A stretch of 64,000 nt of DNA from positions 30,556 to 94,555 of the IMG/VR virus record IMGVR_UViG_3300016469_000571. One strand, 5' to 3'. Source of the stretch: a virus. Below are positions 58,368 to 64,000 of this stretch, piece by piece; position 1 is the first letter of the stretch, and every line of letters begins with the position of its first letter. A model generated the notes under the pieces. The model was not told the DNA's origin and did not search any database. It saw only the letters and a program-made list of their open reading frames with translations. Made by a program: the position numbers and the translations under genes.

Positions 58368-59434
58368 TTGTGCCTTATTCTTTTTGGTCCTTCTGTAATG
58401 TTTACTATAGATTCTAAAGGTCGTAAATTTTCTAATGCCCAAACTATTTTAAAATTTTCATCATTCATAGATGTATATGGATAATCTGAATGACATTTAA
58501 TATGATCTAATTGCCAAGTAAATTTATTCTTATTATAAACACCATGATTATCCCAATTCATCCTTTCATCAAACTGACTTTCTATATGAGAGATTAAATC
58601 TTTTATAGAGTAGCCTAAATGTTTTAATATACTGCTTTCTTTTTTAGATTTTTGCTTTTTAAGCATTTTTAATATACTTGATGAAACTAATTTTCTAAAC
58701 TTTTGTTCTGGAGTTTTAGGCAACCTATTAAGTTTTTTTTCTTTTTCCGTATATTTGTCACAATAATATCTTTTTTTAGATTTACACAATAAACATATTT
58801 TTGTATAATTTTCACTTTTAAAAAATTGATTAATTAATTTAAACTCTAAACATCTTTTACATTGTTTGGTTGTGTTTTTTAAATATAGATTTTCTAAATG
58901 TAATTTATTTTTATAATTTATCATATTATAAAAGTTTTTTACAGTATAATATTTTAAATTAAATAAATCAGCAACTTGCTCTATAGTTAATTCTTTTAAA
59001 GCAAAATATAATCCAAGAGCAATATCTTCGTTTAAATTTGAATAATAAATATTTTCACCAAGAAATAGTTTTTTATTTGGAGAAGATAACAAAACACTTT
59101 GCTTTAACTCTTTTATTTTGGGCTTTCTATAGTTTTCACATTTTTTACAAAAAGAATTTATTTTATTATTTCTTATTCTAAAATTATTTATATTTTTAAC
59201 TATTTTACATTTAGTACAAGCTTTGTTACTAAGTAAATACTCAAGCTCTTCTTCTGGTTTGGAATTGTATTCTCTAAATTCTTGAATAGACTCCCAACTT
59301 ACATTTAAATTACTTTTTAACCAAAAATTAGATTTGTCTAAATTATCTATTAAAAACTTAACAGAATCTTCTGTAAAAATAAAATGATTATAATAATAAA
59401 TTTTATTGTAATTTATTTTGCTGTTTACTTTCAT
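58364..59434 (-). CDS. HNH-type endonuclease 2
   Basis: Four CxxC motifs; HIESQF..RMNWDNHG...WQLDHI...WAL.NLRP. Confidence 0.85.
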   Translation of the reverse strand: MKVNSKINYNKIYYYNHFIFTEDSVKFLIDNLDKSNFWLKSNLNVSWESIQEFREYNSKPEEELEYLLSNKACTKCKIVKNINNFRIRNNKINSFCKKCENYRKPKIKELKQSVLLSSPNKKLFLGENIYYSNLNEDIALGLYFALKELTIEQVADLFNLKYYTVKNFYNMINYKNKLHLENLYLKNTTKQCKRCLEFKLINQFFKSENYTKICLLCKSKKRYYCDKYTEKEKKLNRLPKTPEQKFRKLVSSSILKMLKKQKSKKESSILKHLGYSIKDLISHIESQFDERMNWDNHGVYNKNKFTWQLDHIKCHSDYPYTSMNDENFKIVWALENLRPLESIVNITEGPKRIRHK

Positions 59435-60263
59435 TTTTCCTACAATTTTCAATTACATTTAATTTGGCTGAATAAGGTCTAAGATTACTCAATGCCCAAC
59501 ATTTTTTAAAATCCTCGTCATTTACAGATGAATACTTGTAATTGCATTTTGGTATAATGTGATCTATATTCCATTTCCAAGTAGATGGATCATTATCATC
59601 CCAGGTTTTAGGATTATATTTCCCCCAATTATCCCAATTCATCCATGATTCAAACTTTGACTCTAAATGCAATTTTAAACTTTCTATAGTATATGGCATA
59701 GAATCAAATTCTGTATTCTTTTTTATACTTTTAAGTATTTTAAATATTAAAATTTTTCTTAGCTTATATGAAGGATCTTGTTGCTCTTTTTTTAAGATAT
59801 ATTTTTTCATAACTTTTTTAACTTTATCCTTATTATTTTTTACATATTTTCTCCAACTTTCTTTAATTTTTTCTTTGTTGTTTTCTCTATATTTTTTATC
59901 TCTAATTTTACTATAATCTTTTTGACATACTATGCAATAACAATTATAAATTATATTTTTAGATTTATTTGATTTTTTATTTTTCTTTAAAAGATAATTA
60001 TCTTTTGTTTTGTATTTCTTGCATATAGCACATTTTTTAAAATCAACATCTAAGATTAATTGATAAAAATCTTTATTGTTTAGCTTTATTAAATTATTAA
60101 TTGTAAATTTACTTATATTTAATTTTTTGGATATTTCTTTTTTTGAAATATTTAAATCCAATAATTGTTTAATTTTAATAACCAAATCTTCATTTAATTT
60201 TGTAGAAATATTATAAAATATATAATCGTTATTATAAAATACTTTATTTGTTGCTGGTCTCAT
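59403..60263 (-). CDS. HNH-type endonuclease 1
   Basis: HTH, CxxC; HLESKF..WMNWDNWG...WNIDHIIP...CWALSNLRP. Confidence 0.85.
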   Translation of the reverse strand: MRPATNKVFYNNDYIFYNISTKLNEDLVIKIKQLLDLNISKKEISKKLNISKFTINNLIKLNNKDFYQLILDVDFKKCAICKKYKTKDNYLLKKNKKSNKSKNIIYNCYCIVCQKDYSKIRDKKYRENNKEKIKESWRKYVKNNKDKVKKVMKKYILKKEQQDPSYKLRKILIFKILKSIKKNTEFDSMPYTIESLKLHLESKFESWMNWDNWGKYNPKTWDDNDPSTWKWNIDHIIPKCNYKYSSVNDEDFKKCWALSNLRPYSAKLNVIENCRKNESKQQNKLQ

Positions 60264-60288
60264 ATAAATTATAAATAACCATAAAAAA

Positions 60289-60316
60289 CAAAAAGTCCAA
60301 TTTCTTGGACTTTTTG
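60289..60316. terminator. Rho-independent, probably bidirectional, terminator after the sheath gene
   Basis: Perfect inverted repeat CAAAAAGTCCAA-tttc-TTGGACTTTTTG. Confidence 0.85.
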
Positions 60317-60336
60317 AAACTATCTTACAAAAATAA

Positions 60337-63093
60337 TTATAATGTTCCGACGCTAACTCTAATTAATACATAATTAACTGGATATGTAGGCTGAACTCTT
60401 ACACTTACATTATACTGTCTAGGATCTACAGAATCTTTTGAAACACTTAAATCAGTATAATCTGTAATTAAGTTTTGAGATGCAAATGAATTCAAGATTT
60501 GAACTGCTCTTGTTGTCATTAATGTTAATGTATCTCTTGTTTCTGGTGTTCCTATAAAAGATTTAAATCCAGCTCTTAAGATTTTTGCTAGTCTATCTCT
60601 TATAAATATAATTGAAATTTCTTCTTCTTCTGGAAAACCTGATTGAGTAGTAGTTCTTCCGTAAATCACATTTCCGCCACCTGAAACTGGTTGCAATGTA
60701 GTTACGCCTGATTGAGCTAATTGCTCTAATTGAGTTATTGTATAAACTTTATCTCTTAAGATAGAAAAACCAGATAATGTTTTGTTTGTTAATGGATTTT
60801 CTAATCTTAGGTCTGCTACTGTAAATCCTGCTGCTGCTGCTCCTAGATAGAAACCATCTATTAGAGTATTTGATCCATTCAAGCTTACTACAATTTGATC
60901 TGGAGCAAAATACACGCATCTATATGTATTACCGAAAGCATTTGATACTGAGTAATTAGCTAAATCTTCTATATTACCATTTAATACTTCTGTAACAGAA
61001 TCTCCTTGGATACCTTCTAAGATTCCTATATCTTCTACTGCTGCATCTTCTACTCCTGTTAAGTTGTCTGGAGTTAAGCCTGCAATAGCTCCTGTGAATA
61101 ACACTCTTTCTTTTTTGTTTCTTATATTGCTCATTACTTTGCAATGAGTTAGTGCATTTTGGAAAATAACAGAAGGCATTTGCAATGGTAGTGGAACTAC
61201 TATATCACATTCTACTTTTTCTAATGATGCTAGAGCTGTTATCCAACCAGAGTCATAGAAAGCAGCATCATCTGTATCTATTACAGTAACTCTTAATGCA
61301 TTTCCATTTGGAACTACATTCCTATTTACTACAACATAGCTACTTGTTTCTGTTTGATCAATTAATTGATATCTTAGATTTGATTCAGAGACGAGTGTTT
61401 TTCTTATTGTTAGTGTATTTGTAAAAGAGTCATAGGCTGTGATATCATATAAGCCATTATTATCATCTGATCCAGAGATATATATTTTTTTACCTAATAA
61501 ATCGGTAAATGTGCTAAAGTCAACACCTGTTGAATTAAATGTAGCTGTTGCTGTTGAAGGTATAGATGTTAAAGTACCATCTGTATCTGAGGCTAATACT
61601 GTTCCTGTAATTTGCTCTCTTAGTTCAAATGTAACAGAGGCTTCGCTTACAAAATCTGCGAAAGAATCTAGTTCTAAATATAAAGCACCATCTGTTACTG
61701 CGGTAATATCAAAATCTCCATTATTAGCAACATTGGTTGCATCTGTAATTCTTAATATTTTACCAACAGCTGTTGAATTAAAAGTTTCTGAAGCAGAGAA
61801 TATGCCTTTGTTATTGAAGGCTGGGTCTCTAGCTAGGTATCCATCAAATCCTGTGCTAACGGCAGCATCTCTTTGAATAACAGAGTAGAAGAATGAATAA
61901 CCTGATGGTGCTGGATTATTATCATTTATAAAGCTTGTTACGCTTGGGTTGCCACCTGTTCCTAGTGTATTGAACTCATATTTATTTGGTAATAATTGAG
62001 TTTCTACACCAGTTGTATTGTTTGTTACGAAAAAGTGTATATTAGAATCTGGATCTGGAGTAACTCCTAATGGTAAGGCAAATATAAACTCTTCATCATT
62101 TGGAGATAATGAATTGATTGCATCTGTTAGTTGGTAAGAAACTCTTCTTGGGGTTGAAGGAGCTGCTTGAACAGCGACAACGGAAGAAGCTCCATTAGCA
62201 AATAGCAATTGAGCACCTAGGGATAATGTATTTGTTGTAGAAGGTGTACCATGTTTATCTACTACTTGACCTAAGCCTTGCAATGTTTCTGGATCATTTA
62301 AAAATGATTCTGGGATATAATTAGCTGTTAAAGAATCATTTGCATTTAAGACACCGCTTTCAATTTTTACAGTAAAGCCATCTCCTTCTCTAAATGGAGA
62401 AGTAGAAGATCCGCCTATTTGAGTTTCTTGTATAGCAAATTCTAATACTCCATTAGAAGCAGTTGTTCCATCTGCTGTCCATAGAACAGGATTTCCATTT
62501 GCATCTAATTTTGGACCTGATACTGATCCTATTGCAATAAATTTAGCAGTTTCTTGAATTGGATTGTTAGAGTTATCTCTTTGAACGGAAACGCATCTAA
62601 TTGTCCAGGTTTCTTTTAAAGCATTTAAATCTTCTAAAGTAAGACCATTAATTGAACCTAAGCCAACATTGGTTGATAATGGCTTATATTCTGTACCACC
62701 TTGATCTACTATATAGGCTCTTTGTAATTCTAATTTACCTGTTGTTGAATCCAGTCTATATTGATATTGTGTGCTAAATGGATTAGAGTCAATGGTTGAT
62801 TCCAAGCCAACTAGTTTTACTCCATTTTTAAAAATGGATGTTCTTTTTTTAACAAGAGGGGCATTTTGTAGTAGAAAATGTCTACCATCTGCTCCTGTTG
62901 CTGAAGTGTAATTTGAATTTAATCCATCTTTTCCACCACCAACGGCAGTAGAAACTACTGTTTCGTCGGTAGACCCTTCACCTATTATTGCAGCAACTCT
63001 TAGACCTCCGGGAACTGATATTCCTCTTGTATTTGTTGTTACTTCTGAATAAGTGCCTGGTATTGCAGTTGTTAAACCTGGTATATTAGCCAT
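60337..63093 (-). CDS. Contractile tail sheath protein with insertion domains
   Basis: PGTY.EV, AIIGEG, LSLGAQL.F.NGA, AL..LE, HC..MS....K.ER, PLTNK.L.GF, G.TT.Q......EIS...IRD, P.YPVNY. Confidence 0.92.
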   Translation of the reverse strand: MANIPGLTTAIPGTYSEVTTNTRGISVPGGLRVAAIIGEGSTDETVVSTAVGGGKDGLNSNYTSATGADGRHFLLQNAPLVKKRTSIFKNGVKLVGLESTIDSNPFSTQYQYRLDSTTGKLELQRAYIVDQGGTEYKPLSTNVGLGSINGLTLEDLNALKETWTIRCVSVQRDNSNNPIQETAKFIAIGSVSGPKLDANGNPVLWTADGTTASNGVLEFAIQETQIGGSSTSPFREGDGFTVKIESGVLNANDSLTANYIPESFLNDPETLQGLGQVVDKHGTPSTTNTLSLGAQLLFANGASSVVAVQAAPSTPRRVSYQLTDAINSLSPNDEEFIFALPLGVTPDPDSNIHFFVTNNTTGVETQLLPNKYEFNTLGTGGNPSVTSFINDNNPAPSGYSFFYSVIQRDAAVSTGFDGYLARDPAFNNKGIFSASETFNSTAVGKILRITDATNVANNGDFDITAVTDGALYLELDSFADFVSEASVTFELREQITGTVLASDTDGTLTSIPSTATATFNSTGVDFSTFTDLLGKKIYISGSDDNNGLYDITAYDSFTNTLTIRKTLVSESNLRYQLIDQTETSSYVVVNRNVVPNGNALRVTVIDTDDAAFYDSGWITALASLEKVECDIVVPLPLQMPSVIFQNALTHCKVMSNIRNKKERVLFTGAIAGLTPDNLTGVEDAAVEDIGILEGIQGDSVTEVLNGNIEDLANYSVSNAFGNTYRCVYFAPDQIVVSLNGSNTLIDGFYLGAAAAGFTVADLRLENPLTNKTLSGFSILRDKVYTITQLEQLAQSGVTTLQPVSGGGNVIYGRTTTQSGFPEEEEISIIFIRDRLAKILRAGFKSFIGTPETRDTLTLMTTRAVQILNSFASQNLITDYTDLSVSKDSVDPRQYNVSVRVQPTYPVNYVLIRVSVGTL

Positions 63094-63147
63094 ATTTTAT
63101 TCCATTAAAAAGTTTCTCTATTTATTAATTTTTTTTATGCCTTATTT

Positions 63148-63930
63148 TTAAAATAATTCTGAAAGAATTTGATCTGTTACAATTGTTAGATTGTAAGCTG
63201 GGCTTGCTGTTGATTGTGATAAGTCGTCAAACTCTACTATAAAGTTAACAACTTCTAACAAGGTATTAATAGGTATAGATCTTAACCATTCATATCTTAT
63301 TGGTGCTGTTATGGTATATCTAAATAACTTATCATTTCTATCTTCTTGAGCGCTAGTTCCACTTATGCTTACTGGCTTTACTACCAATCCAGCTTCAGAT
63401 AGTTGATCAGCATATATTTCAGTTAATGCCATTGAGCATAATTCTGCAATATCATCTGCTGCTCTTAATGATCTAGAATAAATATCTATAGATAGATTAC
63501 CTTCCCAAACACCTGCTGTATTAAAATATTCAGGTCTTGAAACTTCTATTGAGTTTCCATACCCATCTTCATAAAGATATTTTTTATATTGTATTGTACC
63601 TTGATTTCTATTTATAGAAAGTGGAACATAGCTCATTCCAGATGCTTTTACTATAATAGCTGGATAAAATATAGTATCATATCTATAGTTTTCTCCTATA
63701 AATATTCTTGTTGTAGCATCATCTTTTATTCCAGATCCTAAAGACAAATCAGTATGATCTGGAGTTTTTGGGAAACCCCATTCATCTTTTAAATATCTAT
63801 AGTATGTATCTTGACTAAAAAAATCTTTTAATGTAGATATTATTAATTCTTTTGGATAAACAATCATACTAGATTGAACTAGATGATGCAAAGATTGTAA
63901 ATCACTTTTGTAATGATTGTTTGTTGCCAT
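63148..63930 (-). CDS. Putative tail completion / terminator protein
   Basis: YPAIIV, G.W.G...IDI.SRS; located just upstream of the sheath. Confidence 0.55.
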   Translation of the reverse strand: MATNNHYKSDLQSLHHLVQSSMIVYPKELIISTLKDFFSQDTYYRYLKDEWGFPKTPDHTDLSLGSGIKDDATTRIFIGENYRYDTIFYPAIIVKASGMSYVPLSINRNQGTIQYKKYLYEDGYGNSIEVSRPEYFNTAGVWEGNLSIDIYSRSLRAADDIAELCSMALTEIYADQLSEAGLVVKPVSISGTSAQEDRNDKLFRYTITAPIRYEWLRSIPINTLLEVVNFIVEFDDLSQSTASPAYNLTIVTDQILSELF

Positions 63931-64000
63931 ATATTAATGATAAAATTACCATTTATATTTTAATAAAACAGGAGACATTAACATATCTAATGTTCCAGAA

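Noticed and set aside
4775-61876. Short ORFs lying opposite or within long genes (e.g. 10555..10803, 21493..21780, 44208..44441, 53950..54249, 56814..57017, 61439..61876)
   Set aside because: Shadow frames of well-supported genes, with no RBS or recognisable motifs.
36872-63930. Bacterial tailocin/eCIS or prophage rather than a lytic phage
   Set aside because: The tail genes are contiguous with phage-type replication, RNR, sigma and homing-endonuclease genes, with no host housekeeping context or integrase in view.
1-64000. Alternative genetic code
   Set aside because: Long conserved genes are intact in code 11, and TGA acts as a stop in many ATGA overlaps.
1-64000. CRISPR array, tRNA or rRNA genes
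   Set aside because: Intergenic gaps are very short, and no repeat-spacer pattern or cloverleaf was seen by eye. tRNAscan/Infernal would be needed to exclude them fully.
63946-64000. 3' end of an upstream minus-strand gene
   Set aside because: Two frames are open over this short stretch, so the frame cannot be assigned.

Overview
An AT-rich (roughly 25% GC by eye) segment of a large, probably jumbo, contractile-tailed dsDNA bacteriophage using the standard genetic code. No capsid, terminase, integrase, tRNA or CRISPR array is visible, and the host cannot be determined. Almost everything from 4 to 64 kb is on the minus strand. Read right to left: tail completion, a 918-aa tail sheath, a terminator, three tandem HNH-type endonucleases, an oppositely oriented tail-tube gene, tail chaperones joined by a -1 frameshift, tape measure, baseplate hub/spike/gp25/J/wedge genes, a glycosyltransferase-Fpg/Nei-epimerase cluster, a tubulin/FtsZ-family gene, an intein-bearing SF2 helicase, DnaC/DnaB, two FmdB zinc ribbons, a sigma factor, class Ia ribonucleotide reductase, PIN-PhoH, Met aminopeptidase and a P-loop kinase. 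Plus-strand fibre-like genes sit at the left end. The main find is nrdA, broken into three separately translated genes by two different naturally split inteins. The halves have opposite charge polarity, which suggests ordered, orthogonal three-piece protein trans-splicing. One junction builds the catalytic N-L-C-x-E loop, and the other is interrupted by a Vsr-like endonuclease. Also notable: back-to-back start-less gene cassettes at about 720, strong enrichment of a DGY tripeptide in baseplate proteins next to the glycosyltransferases, and short GC3-rich, palindrome-dense islands inside coding regions. All functional calls come from reading motifs by eye; no searches were run.
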